The notes below the pieces were generated by a model. It saw nothing but the letters and a program-made list of their open reading frames with translations, did no database searches and was not told the origin of the DNA. Below are positions 32,925 to 42,597 of a DNA stretch of 64,000 bases, one piece after another. The DNA comes from Alphaproteobacteria bacterium (GTDB taxonomy: Bacteria > Pseudomonadota > Alphaproteobacteria > MPNO01 > UBA830). Positions within the stretch are counted from its first letter, which is position 1; the number at the start of each line of letters is the position of its first letter. Position numbers and translations under genes: made by a program. The stretch spans positions 3,744,001-3,808,000 of the forward strand of contig OZ251539.1 in NCBI GenBank assembly GCA_965243135.1, in the 5' to 3' direction.

Positions 32925-33920
32925 CTATCCGCCGGGGCTGTTCTTGAAATCGCCGATGGCGACCATGCCCATCGGCGGGTAGACGCCGAGCTCGTGCACC
33001 ACGTCCATGTTGATCCACAACTTGTAGCGCGACAGATACGCGACCGGAAGGTCCTCGGCTTTCCGCTTCTCCACCAGGATCCGTTCGGCCTGAAGCCCGG
33101 TAAGCTTGCCGATGATGTAGTAGTCGGCGACCAGTCCGAACATGGCGCGGGAGTTTCTGAGCGGCGCCTGGGTGGAGGCGAAGGTGGGCAGGCCGGCCGC
33201 TATCGCGGCCGAGGTGTACGCGTCGCCGTGGCGGGTGAGGAACGAGTCCGGTCCCATGTAGAGCAGTTCGGCGCCCATGCGCCGGGCCTCCTCCACGAGT
33301 TTCGGAAGCGCCGCCGGATCCGGCTTGCCGTTGGCGCCGAGCGGCACCGGCAGTTCGATCACCTCCATGTCCTTTTTCGGCGCGACCTCCCGCAGCTGGG
33401 ACACGTTGAGGCGGGAATTGCTCGCCGTCGTATCGTATATGACCGCCATCTTCTTGAACGGCCGGTAAGCCTTGATGGCGTTGATCTGAGCGTCCACCGG
33501 CGCGAGGAAGGCGACTCCGGTGACGGGCCGGCCCGTGCTCTCGAAGCTTTCGACGATGCCGGCCGCCTTCGGGTAGGACACGAGGGTGAACACTCCCGGG
33601 ACGCCGCGCACAAAGGACTCGGGCTTATCGGTTCCGAGCTTGCCGAAAATGCTGGAGGTCGTCCCGGTTCCCCAAGTGTATACGAGGTCGGGACGCGCGC
33701 GCTTGATTTCCTCGACGATGGCGGGAGCCTTGCCGCGGTCGAGATCCAGATTGCGCACCGTCAGGTCGAACGGTATGCCGCGCTGGGTCAGGTAGTCGCG
33801 GAAGCCGCTTTCGACCTCGGTTTCTCCCCGCCAGACCACGGCGAAGATCTTGAAGGGGTCCTGGGCGAGCGCGGAGGCCCAGGGGACGGCGGCGATCAAG
33901 GCGGCGATCAGTATTCTCAT
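32925..33920 (-). CDS. Periplasmic substrate-binding protein (ABC_sub_bind-like)
   Basis: Signal peptide MRILIAALIAAVPWASALA, PDLVYTWGT, G..A..IL, INMD; C-terminal part of ORF 32925..35942. Confidence 0.8.
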   Translation of the reverse strand: MRILIAALIAAVPWASALAQDPFKIFAVVWRGETEVESGFRDYLTQRGIPFDLTVRNLDLDRGKAPAIVEEIKRARPDLVYTWGTGTTSSIFGKLGTDKPESFVRGVPGVFTLVSYPKAAGIVESFESTGRPVTGVAFLAPVDAQINAIKAYRPFKKMAVIYDTTASNSRLNVSQLREVAPKKDMEVIELPVPLGANGKPDPAALPKLVEEARRMGAELLYMGPDSFLTRHGDAYTSAAIAAGLPTFASTQAPLRNSRAMFGLVADYYIIGKLTGLQAERILVEKRKAEDLPVAYLSRYKLWINMDVVHELGVYPPMGMVAIGDFKNSPGG

Positions 33921-35986
33921 GCGAACCTTTTCCCTTGGAGGTGGCGCATCCTTCCCGACATCGCGATCAGATAGAGCACGAGGAAGCCGAGAACGATGAG
34001 GCCTATGCCGATGACGGCGCCGCGGTAGCCGAAGCTGGAGGCGAGCGTGGCGGCGACGATCGGTCCGAGCATGATGCCCGTCCGTTCCAGCAGGCGGTAG
34101 GCGCCGATGACGGACGCCGGTCCCATCGAGCCGCGGAGCGGGTCGGCCACTTCCAGAACGATCGCCAGTTGCGACGTGAGCGACAGCGCGTGACTGACTC
34201 CGAGCGCGACGATCGCCACGACCACGGCACCCGTCGCGCCGCCGAAGAAATCGTCGACGAAGACCGAGAGGCAGCCGAGACCCGCCACCGCGCCTCCCGC
34301 CGCGACGAGAAGAGCGTAGCGTCCGGAATTGTCGGCGAAACGCGCCGCCAGCGGCGTGAACGCGATCGTGGCCGCGCCGTACAGCATGATCGACCAGCCG
34401 ATCGCGGCCTGGTTGTTGCCCAGTTCGGTCATGTAGAGGGGAACGAGGTAGAACAGGAACCCGGAGAGGATGAGCTTGCCGGGCACCGCCGCGAAGACCG
34501 CGACGGCGAGAAACCGCCAGTCGCGGAGCAGCATCTTCCATTCGGCGAGGCCCAGCGTCACCCGGGTCGTTTCCGTTCGCTTCCCGGCGTTGTCGAGCAC
34601 CTGGTAGACGATCAGCCCGGCCACGGCGGCCAGCCCCGCGGAGATCAGGAACGTGCCCGCGAAGCCGATGCGGTCGGCCAGGATGCCGCCTATCGAGGGC
34701 CCGCAGACGGTGCCGGCGAAAACCGCCCCGACGAACACCGCCATGCCCTGGGCGCGCTGGCGCTCGTCCGTGTTCTGGGCGACCCACGCCTGGGACGCGA
34801 TGAAGATGAACCCGTACCCGACCCCCGACAGCGCCCGCCACAAGACCAAGTCGTAATACCCCTGCGCGAAGAAGGTGCCCGCGTAGCCGGCGATGGCCGG
34901 CACGAGGCCGATCAGGAACGTTCGCCGGGCGCCCAGCCGGTCGGCCAGTCCGGCCCCGAACGGCGTGACGACCGCCGCCGCCAGCATGAAAAGCGTTATC
35001 GGCAAGCCGATCAGCAGTTCGTTGGAGAAGAAGGTGGCTTCGGGACTGAAACGGGCCACGAAAAGCGGCAGGAACGAGCGCGACAGTTCTTCGGAGAATA
35101 TGAACAGGAACAGGGGAGCGCGTATGTGCATGGCGCTGCGCGGCCGTTCCGCGCTTCCTCCCTCGAATCGGTAATGGATGTCGATGCGCTGGCATTCGTC
35201 CTCGATTCGCTTCGTCACCCCTTCGTCGATCTGCGCGTTCTGGATTTCCCGCGCCTCGGCGCGGAAATCCTCGTAACGCTGGAGCAGGTCCCGCGAAATG
35301 CGGTTGAAGCACGAGATCGCCCTGCCGATCTCGTCCCGCGTCCGCAGCGCGATGCGGTTGGCGAAGGTTCCGGCCGCTCCCTCGCGGAAGGCGTCCTCGA
35401 GCCGCTGCAGCGGTCCGGAAACCCGCACGTTCACGAAGAACACGAAGAACTCCAGCGCCACCAGCCACGATATGCCGATGACGGTGATGATCTCGTAGAG
35501 GATGTCGGAAAGCCGGTCGCGGACGTATTCGTTCTTGACGCCGACGTGCAGCGTGCCGGCGGCGATCGAAAAGGCGCTGTCGATGTAGCCGGCCTCCGTC
35601 GCGGGCGGACCCGGCGCGATCCCTTCCGGGAGCCCGCGCGCGAACAGCAGTTCGGAGGCCGGCCCCCGCATCGCCAGATAGGCGATGTCCGGATTGGCGG
35701 CGAGCACCTTGTCGAAGAACTCCCCGACCTCGACCAGCTCCCGCGGCGGAATGCCGAGCCTGTCGACGGCGAATTCGATCTGTCCGGCGACGGAGTTTCC
35801 GACCGTCTGCGCCTTCTGGCCGAGTTGCGGCGCGAGGTCGCGCTCGAAACCCGTGACCGCGAACCACGCGACGACGATCTGGCCGACCAGAAGCGCCGCC
35901 AGGGCGAGAACCACGAGCTTTCCGAGCACGCCGCTGCGCCACGCGTTGACGCCCATCGCGACGCGCCTCCCCGGTCGCCGGCTCAT
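33917..35986 (-). CDS. MFS transporter fused to an N-terminal periplasmic/HAMP module
   Basis: TM-periplasmic-TM, HAMP (PLQRL..RDEIG..FNR), then MFS with GLADRLGARR and GILADRIG motifs. Confidence 0.82.
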   Translation of the reverse strand: MSRRPGRRVAMGVNAWRSGVLGKLVVLALAALLVGQIVVAWFAVTGFERDLAPQLGQKAQTVGNSVAGQIEFAVDRLGIPPRELVEVGEFFDKVLAANPDIAYLAMRGPASELLFARGLPEGIAPGPPATEAGYIDSAFSIAAGTLHVGVKNEYVRDRLSDILYEIITVIGISWLVALEFFVFFVNVRVSGPLQRLEDAFREGAAGTFANRIALRTRDEIGRAISCFNRISRDLLQRYEDFRAEAREIQNAQIDEGVTKRIEDECQRIDIHYRFEGGSAERPRSAMHIRAPLFLFIFSEELSRSFLPLFVARFSPEATFFSNELLIGLPITLFMLAAAVVTPFGAGLADRLGARRTFLIGLVPAIAGYAGTFFAQGYYDLVLWRALSGVGYGFIFIASQAWVAQNTDERQRAQGMAVFVGAVFAGTVCGPSIGGILADRIGFAGTFLISAGLAAVAGLIVYQVLDNAGKRTETTRVTLGLAEWKMLLRDWRFLAVAVFAAVPGKLILSGFLFYLVPLYMTELGNNQAAIGWSIMLYGAATIAFTPLAARFADNSGRYALLVAAGGAVAGLGCLSVFVDDFFGGATGAVVVAIVALGVSHALSLTSQLAIVLEVADPLRGSMGPASVIGAYRLLERTGIMLGPIVAATLASSFGYRGAVIGIGLIVLGFLVLYLIAMSGRMRHLQGKRFA

Positions 35987-36768
35987 GACGCCTCCTCTTC
36001 GTCGAGTTCGTCGAGCCGGTGGATTTCCGCGGTCGCGTCGTCGATCGCCTTGTGGGCGGCGATGGCCGCCGCCGCGAACGCGGCGAGATCCGGGGGGCGG
36101 CTGCGCGCGTCGGGGTCCAGGCGGCGGTTCCCGACCTCGTCGAGGTCGTCGCTGAGCGCGCCCAGCTCGCGTCGCGGCCCGCGGATCAGGGCCATCGCGC
36201 CGAGGATGCACAGGGGCGTCATTCCCAGAACGACGGCGCCGCCGACGATGAGCATCCGCGACGCCTGCGCTTCCGCGCCGGCGTCGAGAAATTCGCGCGT
36301 GTAGCGAAGCGCGAGCGATCCCACCGTCTGATCGAGGCTGTTGCGCAGCGGCATTCCGACCACGCCGGCGTCGCGCTCCAGTTCGGACCAGACGCCGCGG
36401 CCCTGAACGGCGCGCCAGGCGATCATCCACTCCTCGGAGACCAGATCCCCGACGAAGCTCGGATCCGTGCTGAAGAGCACGGTGCCCGCCTCGTTGAAAA
36501 TCTCGACGGAAAGGATCTGTTCGTCGTCCTGCAGGTATTGCTGCAGCATCGGCGACACGCCCTGGAGGTCGCTCAGCGGAAGGCCGAGGTCCATCTGGGT
36601 TTCGATTCGCTGGCGCGCGTCGTTGACGACGAAGGTGAATCGCGAAGCGAGAAAGTCGGAGAGCGTGCGTTCGAATTTGTGGACGCTCAGCACGGTCGTC
36701 ATGGCGACGCCGGCCGCCAGGATCGCGGCCACCGCCAGCGCGACCCGCAGCGCGAGACCCGAAATCAT
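35983..36768 (-). CDS. Two-TM membrane protein with periplasmic sensor-like domain
   Basis: TM, ILSVEIFNEAG..LFSTD, TM; stop overlaps MFS start. Confidence 0.7.
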   Translation of the reverse strand: MISGLALRVALAVAAILAAGVAMTTVLSVHKFERTLSDFLASRFTFVVNDARQRIETQMDLGLPLSDLQGVSPMLQQYLQDDEQILSVEIFNEAGTVLFSTDPSFVGDLVSEEWMIAWRAVQGRGVWSELERDAGVVGMPLRNSLDQTVGSLALRYTREFLDAGAEAQASRMLIVGGAVVLGMTPLCILGAMALIRGPRRELGALSDDLDEVGNRRLDPDARSRPPDLAAFAAAAIAAHKAIDDATAEIHRLDELDEEEAS

Positions 36769-36972
36769 GGGAGAGCCCGCCCGCCGGAAGTCACGCCCGC
36801 GGCTTCGGGAACGGCGAAGCGGCGCGGCGCTCCTCCCTGCGGAACGCGGGGGCGTCCCGACGCCCGCCCGCCGGAAACGAGCGCGGCGCGGCCGCAGCCA
36901 GCAATGCCGAAGCGCCCATGCCGCCGTATCGCGAAAGTTCGAAAGTTCGAGAATTCGTGTTGCATGTCGGCG

Positions 36973-37001
36973 ATATTACACCGCGCTAATGACACGGTCA
37001 A
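36973..37001 (-). promoter_or_regulatory. Sigma70-type promoter for the sensor/MFS operon
   Basis: TTGACC-17 bp-TAATAT on the minus strand. Confidence 0.6.
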
Positions 37002-37391
37002 GCGCAAGGCGTTTGCGCCGCCATTTTTTTCGGCCCGCCGCCCTGCCGGCGCCTCGCGGCCCGCTCCGCCCGCCCGCCGACAGGGCCGCACGGACGACCG
37101 GGCGGCGGGAAAAGGAATTCGCCCCGGCGGCGCGGCGCAACCCCGGGGCGAGCCGGGCCGCGACGCGGGCGACCGGTTGCGGAGAAGGCGGTCGGACGAC
37201 CGCGGCCGTCGCGAGGCCGAGCCGCAGGCGCGGCATGCACGCCAGGGGGTTTGCGGCAAGCGACGCGACTGCGGCGGCGGAACGACGACCGCGCTTTCAG
37301 GGGGGGATCTCTGCGAAACGACCGCGCAGCGACGCCGCCACGGACGCGCGCCCGGAGGGACGGTTAAAAATCGCACCGCGTCCGGAGGTCC

Positions 37392-37429
37392 GAAATTAGG
37401 GTTAACTCCCCCCCCCCCCCGGCTATATT
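37392..37429 (+). promoter_or_regulatory. Precursor-operon promoter with C13 spacer tract
   Basis: GAAATTAGGG TTAACT C13(37408-20) GGC TATATT, 33 bp before the P1 ATG. Confidence 0.65.
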
Positions 37430-37461
37430 CATCGTCGAAACTTCAAGGAAGGGTATCCGTT

Positions 37462-37848
37462 ATGACAGACGCAGCAATGCCCAGCCCGGACGGCATGCTC
37501 AACGCTTACAGGAAGGTAATCCCCTTCGCGCAGGCCTATCGCGAGGACGCGGAGTTCCGCTCCCGGGTGGACGAGGATCCGAAATCCGTCATGGCCGAGC
37601 ATCACTTCGAGGTGCCGCCCGGCGTGGAAGTGCGCATCATGGAAGACACGGACGACACTTTCCACCTGGTCCTGCCGCCCGACCCGAACGTCGTCCTGTC
37701 CGACGAAGCGCTCGGCATGGTCGCCGGCGGCAAGTCGGCGAGCACGATCGGAAGCGCCGGCTCCGCCAGTACGGTCAGCACCGTATGCACCACCGCGAGC
37801 TGCGCGGCAAGCGCCGGCTCCCTGGGATCCGCGGGCACCGCGGGATAA
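37462..37848 (+). CDS. NHLP-leader RiPP precursor P1
   Basis: Leader FRSRVDEDP..FHLVLPPDPN..LSDEALGMVAGG; 38-aa core KSASTIGSAGSASTVSTVCTTASCAASAGSLGSAGTAG. Confidence 0.9.
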   Translation: MTDAAMPSPDGMLNAYRKVIPFAQAYREDAEFRSRVDEDPKSVMAEHHFEVPPGVEVRIMEDTDDTFHLVLPPDPNVVLSDEALGMVAGGKSASTIGSAGSASTVSTVCTTASCAASAGSLGSAGTAG

Positions 37849-37910
37849 GCCGGGAGCCCCGGCGGCCGACCGCTCGACTCGTTGTCCACAATCAAGAGGA
37901 GGATCATACC

Positions 37911-38306
37911 GTGGAATATACCGACATGACGCCCGAGGCAGTGCGGATGTACCAATCCAACTTCGCCTCGTTCAGATCGTTGTCCGATCGCTACTGGGAG
38001 GACGAGACCCTGCGCGGGCGGATCGACGCCGGGGACGTGGGAGACTTGCTCCCCGACCTCGGGATCGAGGTCTCTTCCGGCACCGACGTCCGAATCGTGG
38101 CCGACAGCGCCGACACGCGCTACATCGTCCTGCCGCCCGACCCGAATGTCCCCCTGTCGGACGAGACGCTCGGCATGGTCGCCGGCGGCGGCAAGACCGG
38201 CAGCACCGCCGGGACGGTCGGGTCGGCGAGCACCATGGCTTGCTCGTCCGTGCCGTCTTCGGCCAGTTCCGCCGGCACGGCGGGCTCGGTCGGCACCGCT
38301 GGCTGA
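37911..38306 (+). CDS. NHLP-leader RiPP precursor P2
   Basis: GTG start after GAGGAGG; LPPDPN..LSDETLGMVAGG; 38-aa core GKTGSTAGTVGSASTMACSSVPSSASSAGTAGSVGTAG. Confidence 0.9.
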   Translation: MEYTDMTPEAVRMYQSNFASFRSLSDRYWEDETLRGRIDAGDVGDLLPDLGIEVSSGTDVRIVADSADTRYIVLPPDPNVPLSDETLGMVAGGGKTGSTAGTVGSASTMACSSVPSSASSAGTAGSVGTAG

Positions 38307-38324
38307 CCAAGGAGGAACTTGATC

Positions 38325-38684
38325 ATGGAAATTCATGCGAGCGACTACTTGACGAAAGGAACCTACCTGAAGGACGTTCTCGATCCGGAATTTCGAGAGC
38401 GGATGCAGGCGGCTCCAGACGCGGCCTTGACGTCATGGGGCATAGATCTCCCCCCCGGCATCGATGTCAGCGTTCACGTGAACACGGACGACACTTTCCA
38501 CCTGGTCCTGCCGCCCGACCCGAACATCCCCCTGTCGGACGAGACGCTCGGCATGGTCGCCGGCGGCAAGACGGCGAGCACGATCGGAAGCGGCGGCTCC
38601 GCCAGTACGGCGGCAAGCATACCCAGCACCGCCAGCACCGCGTCAAGCGCGTCGACGGCGGCATCCATCGCCTGCGCGAGTTAG
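38325..38684 (+). CDS. NHLP-leader RiPP precursor P3
   Basis: RBS GGAGG; DPEFRERM..FHLVLPPDPN..MVAGG; 38-aa core KTASTIGSGGSASTAASIPSTASTASSASTAASIACAS. Confidence 0.9.
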   Translation: MEIHASDYLTKGTYLKDVLDPEFRERMQAAPDAALTSWGIDLPPGIDVSVHVNTDDTFHLVLPPDPNIPLSDETLGMVAGGKTASTIGSGGSASTAASIPSTASTASSASTAASIACAS

Positions 38685-38792
38685 GCGCAGAACCTGCCTC
38701 CTCCTTCTTTCTCCAGGCGCCGCTCCGCGGGCGGCGCGGCGCCTGGGCGCTCGGGCGTCGGGAAAAGAGCGCGGCGGTTTGACAGAGGCCGA

Positions 38793-38821
38793 TTGACAAT
38801 CGCAGCCGACCCGATTATGGG
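38793..38821 (+). promoter_or_regulatory. Sigma70-type promoter for the YcaO operon
   Basis: TTGACA-17 bp-TATGGG; a second TTGACA at 38779. Confidence 0.45.
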
Positions 38822-38855
38822 TTGATTCCGTCCGCCGCATCGGGGAGTTTTTGTG

Positions 38856-41189
38856 ATGGAGAGCGCCAAGCCGTCCGGCGCGCCGGGCCTGTTCGACCGG
38901 CCCGCGGGCGAGGCCCGGGCCCTGTTCCGGGTCACGGAGGCGGATCGCGGCACGGTGGAGCGGCCGCTGTTGTCGCCGCATCTGGAGGTTCGCCCGCTCG
39001 GCGGCGAGGCGGCGCTGCTGGTTTCGGAGACCTTCAACGCGGCGCTCTACGGGCGGCGCTACGTCGATCTTCTGCCGCTGCTCGACGGGACGCGCACGCG
39101 CCGCGAGATCGCGGCGGCGCTGTCGGGGACGTACGGTCCGCTGGAGATCCAGACGGCGCTGGTGTCGCTGGCGTCGAAGGGCTACGCGGTTTCGGGCGAA
39201 TTCGGGCTGGACCGGGACGCGGCGGCGTTCTGGTGTTCGGTGGGCGTGTCGCCGCGGTGGGCGGAGGAGCGGCTGGGTTCGGCGCGGGTGTCGGTTTCGG
39301 GGGACGAGGGCGGTCGCCTGGGGTCGGCGCTGGCGGCGATGGGGCTGGCGGTCGTCGCGGACGGCGCGACGTTGAACGTGGTCCGGGCGTCCGACTACCT
39401 GGAGCACGAGGAGACCAACCGGCGTCATCTGGCGTCGGGGGTGCCGTGGGTTCTGGTGAAGGCCGACGGGTCGTGGCCGCTGTTCGGTCCGGTGTTCCGC
39501 CCCGGCGAGGGGGGGGCGTGCTGGGCGTGCCTGGCGCACCGGATGCGGGGCAACAACGAGGTCGAGAACTATCTGCGCAACGCGGGGGGCGCGGGCGTGG
39601 TGCCGCAGGTGACGGTTCCGCCGTTCGCGGACGCGGTGCTCGGCCTGGCGGCGACGGAGATCGCGAGATGGGTGGTTCTGGGGGATGCGGCGGCGCTGCA
39701 CGAGCATGCGCTGTCGCTGTCGCTGTACGATCTCGCCGGGGAGCGGCATCCGGTCATGCGGCGTCCGCAGTGCGCGGCGTGCGGCGAGGAGGCGCTGCGG
39801 CGCGCCGACCGCGCGCCGTCGCCGGTGGCGTTGGGTTCGAGTCCGAAGCCGGTCCGGAACAGCGGCGGCCTGCGTTCGGTTCCGCCGGGGGAGACGGTGC
39901 GCAGGTACCGCCACCTGGTGAGTCCGGTCAGCGGCGTGGTGACGCAGTTGATGCGCACCACGGACCCGGGGGATTCTTGGCTGCACGTGTACTGGGCGGG
40001 GAGCAATCTGGCGCTCAAGGCGGACAGCCTGCGCCTGCTGCGCAACAGCCTGCGGACCAAGAGTTCGGGCAAGGGCAGCACGCCGGAGCAGGCGGAGGCG
40101 AGCGCGCTGTGCGAGGCGGTGGAGCGCTACTCGGGCGTGTATCACGGGGACGAGATCCGGCGCCGGGCGCGGTTCGACGACTTCGCGGAGGGGGAGGCGA
40201 TCCACCCCAACGACGTGATGCTTTACAGCGACCGGCAGTACGAGCGCGCGGAGGAGATCAACGCCTTCGGGTCCCGGTTCAACTACGTCACGACGCGCTT
40301 CGACCCGTCCGTCGAGATGGACTGGACGCCGGCGTGGTCGCTGACGGCGGGGCGCCACCGCTGGCTGCCGACGGCTATGCTCTACTTTTCGACGCCGACC
40401 GAGGGGGGCGTCGTCTACTGCGGTCCGGACTCGAACGGCTGCGCGGCGGGGAACACCCTGGAGGAGGCGATCCTTCAGGGCTTCTACGAACTGGCGGAGC
40501 GGGACGCGTTCGCGTGCTGGTGGTACAACCGGCTGTCCATGCCGGAGGTGGACATCGACAGCTTCGGCGACGATTATCTGTCGCGGACGCGGGAGTACTA
40601 CGCCTCCTTCCGCCGCGACGTGTGGCTTCTGGACGTGACCAACGATCTCGGGGTGCCGGTGTTCGTGGCCGTCTCGCGGCGCGTCGACAAGGAGGCCGAG
40701 GACATCCTCTTCGCGCCTGGCGCGCATGCCGACCCGCATATCGCGGCGCTGCGGGCGGTGTGCGAGTTGAACCAGTACCTGAGCGCGGTGCGGGACGTGG
40801 GCATCGACGGGGGGAACTATCTCCACGACGATCCGGAGACCCTGTGGTGGTGGAAGAACGCGAAATTGGCGGAGCATCCGTATCTGGCGCCGGCGGCGGG
40901 CGCGGCGAAGCGCGGGGCGTCGGATTACCCGGTTCCGGAGACGACGGATCTGCGGGAGGACGTGGAGCGTTGCCGGGCGCTGGTGGAAGGCATGGGCCTG
41001 GAGTTCCTGGTTCTGGACCAGACGCGGCCGGACATCGGGATGCCGGTGGCGAAGACGATCGTGCCGGGTCTGCGGCATTTCTGGACGCGCTTCGGACCGG
41101 GCAGGTTGTACGACGTGCCGGTGAAGATGGGGTGGCTGAAGACGCCCACGCCCGAGGCCGACCTCAATCCCGTCGCGGTGTTCATCTGA
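38856..41189 (+). CDS. Fused leader-binding/E1-like + YcaO cyclodehydratase
   Basis: GPVF..CWACL, RRPQCAACG, SGKG..EAVERYSG, SNGCAAG..EEAILQGFYELAERD, PGLRHFW, C-terminal NPVAVFI. Confidence 0.93.
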   Translation: MESAKPSGAPGLFDRPAGEARALFRVTEADRGTVERPLLSPHLEVRPLGGEAALLVSETFNAALYGRRYVDLLPLLDGTRTRREIAAALSGTYGPLEIQTALVSLASKGYAVSGEFGLDRDAAAFWCSVGVSPRWAEERLGSARVSVSGDEGGRLGSALAAMGLAVVADGATLNVVRASDYLEHEETNRRHLASGVPWVLVKADGSWPLFGPVFRPGEGGACWACLAHRMRGNNEVENYLRNAGGAGVVPQVTVPPFADAVLGLAATEIARWVVLGDAAALHEHALSLSLYDLAGERHPVMRRPQCAACGEEALRRADRAPSPVALGSSPKPVRNSGGLRSVPPGETVRRYRHLVSPVSGVVTQLMRTTDPGDSWLHVYWAGSNLALKADSLRLLRNSLRTKSSGKGSTPEQAEASALCEAVERYSGVYHGDEIRRRARFDDFAEGEAIHPNDVMLYSDRQYERAEEINAFGSRFNYVTTRFDPSVEMDWTPAWSLTAGRHRWLPTAMLYFSTPTEGGVVYCGPDSNGCAAGNTLEEAILQGFYELAERDAFACWWYNRLSMPEVDIDSFGDDYLSRTREYYASFRRDVWLLDVTNDLGVPVFVAVSRRVDKEAEDILFAPGAHADPHIAALRAVCELNQYLSAVRDVGIDGGNYLHDDPETLWWWKNAKLAEHPYLAPAAGAAKRGASDYPVPETTDLREDVERCRALVEGMGLEFLVLDQTRPDIGMPVAKTIVPGLRHFWTRFGPGRLYDVPVKMGWLKTPTPEADLNPVAVFI

Positions 41190-41226
41190 GCGGCCTGGCC
41201 GTTCGCTTCGCCGCCGGGACCGCGCC

Positions 41227-42597
41227 ATGACCTTCGTCGATCTCACCCGGAATACCGCAATCCATGTCCGTACCCGATGGAAGATCGGAACGTCCGAAGA
41301 CGGCGCGTCGTTCGCCATCGAGGGCATGGACGGCGGCGTGCTGCCCATCGGTCCCCACGCGCCGGAGTTCGAGTCCGCCAACGCGCGGCTTGCGGTTGGC
41401 GCGCCGCTCGGCAGTCTCCGCGACACGGTGATGGCGGCGGCGGGCGCGAACCGCGCCGCCGTCTATATCCTCTGGCTGCAACGTCTGTGCGCTTGGGGAA
41501 TCATCGAGTTTCCCCTGATGGACGACGCGGGCGAGCGCGCGGTGATTCTGCCGCAGTGGACGTCGTATACGCCCGCCTTGTCCCCGGAGGAGCCGGCGGC
41601 GGAAGCGGAGATCCACCGTTTCGCCTGTTTGCGGCGCGACGGCGGCGCCTGGCTTCTGGAATCGCCCTTGGCAGGCGCGCGTTTGCGCCTCGACGATCTC
41701 GCGGCGCTCGACGCGCCGGTTGTGCGCCGCGCGCTCGACGCGGCGGGATTCCTGGACACGGCGCCGTGGAACGAACAGCGTCGCACATCGCTCGCGCAGT
41801 GGGAGTTCCACGACCTCCTGCTGCATGCGCATCACCGCGGCGGCTGGCACCGAGATCCCATCGGCGCCATGTTCCCGTTCATCGGCGAGATCGACCCGCC
41901 GCCGGCAATCCGCCCGCCCTGGCCCGGCGAGCGCATATCCCTCGCCCGCGCTCCGAACGATACCGGACAAGAATCCTTTGCCTCGGTTCTGGAACGGCGC
42001 CGCTCGGAACGCTTCTACGACGAGAGCCGCCCCATCTCGCTGCGCGATCTTGGGGCGCTGCTCGACCGCGCGGCGCGGGTCCGATCCTTCGAAAACGTTC
42101 AGGTCGGCAATTTCATGGGCCGAACCAGCCCCTTCGAAATAACGCGGCGCCCCTATCCGAACGGCGGCGCGAGCTACGAACTGGAAATCTATCCGATCGT
42201 GGACCGTTGCGACGGCCTGGAGCCGGGCTTTTATCACTACGATCCGGCCGAGCACGAACTGGCGCGAATCTCCGGCCGCACCCCCGAGATCGAGCGCTAT
42301 GTCGCGGACGCGAAAACGTCCACCGCTGCCCTGGCGGATCCGCAGGTCGTACTCGCCATCGCGGCCCGCTTCGACCGGGTGATGTGGAAATACAAAGCTA
42401 TTTCCTATGGCGTCATCCTGCGAAACGCTGGCGCACTCTATCAGACGCTGTATCTGGCGGCGACGGAACTCGGTCTCTCGCCGTGCGGCATCGGGGGCGC
42501 CGATTCCGCATTGTTCGCCCGCATGACGGGGCTCGATCCGGTGGTGGAGGGCACGGTCGGCGATTTCATCCTCGGCGGCCCTCCCCGGCTCTCTTGA
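41227..42597 (+). CDS. SagB/McbC-type azoline dehydrogenase
   Basis: WEFHDLL, ERRRSER, RPYPNGGASYELEIY, GFYHYDP, MWKY, YQTLYLAAT.LGL. Confidence 0.92.
   Translation: MTFVDLTRNTAIHVRTRWKIGTSEDGASFAIEGMDGGVLPIGPHAPEFESANARLAVGAPLGSLRDTVMAAAGANRAAVYILWLQRLCAWGIIEFPLMDDAGERAVILPQWTSYTPALSPEEPAAEAEIHRFACLRRDGGAWLLESPLAGARLRLDDLAALDAPVVRRALDAAGFLDTAPWNEQRRTSLAQWEFHDLLLHAHHRGGWHRDPIGAMFPFIGEIDPPPAIRPPWPGERISLARAPNDTGQESFASVLERRRSERFYDESRPISLRDLGALLDRAARVRSFENVQVGNFMGRTSPFEITRRPYPNGGASYELEIYPIVDRCDGLEPGFYHYDPAEHELARISGRTPEIERYVADAKTSTAALADPQVVLAIAARFDRVMWKYKAISYGVILRNAGALYQTLYLAATELGLSPCGIGGADSALFARMTGLDPVVEGTVGDFILGGPPRLS

Noticed and set aside
37396-37401. TTAGGG as a telomere-like repeat
   Set aside because: Single copies only, part of the shared promoter motif
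41277-42593. N-terminal 439 aa of the 1288-aa ORF as part of the LanM-like protein
   Set aside because: Off-frame overlap with sagB; the plausible start is TTG 42594, coupled to the sagB stop
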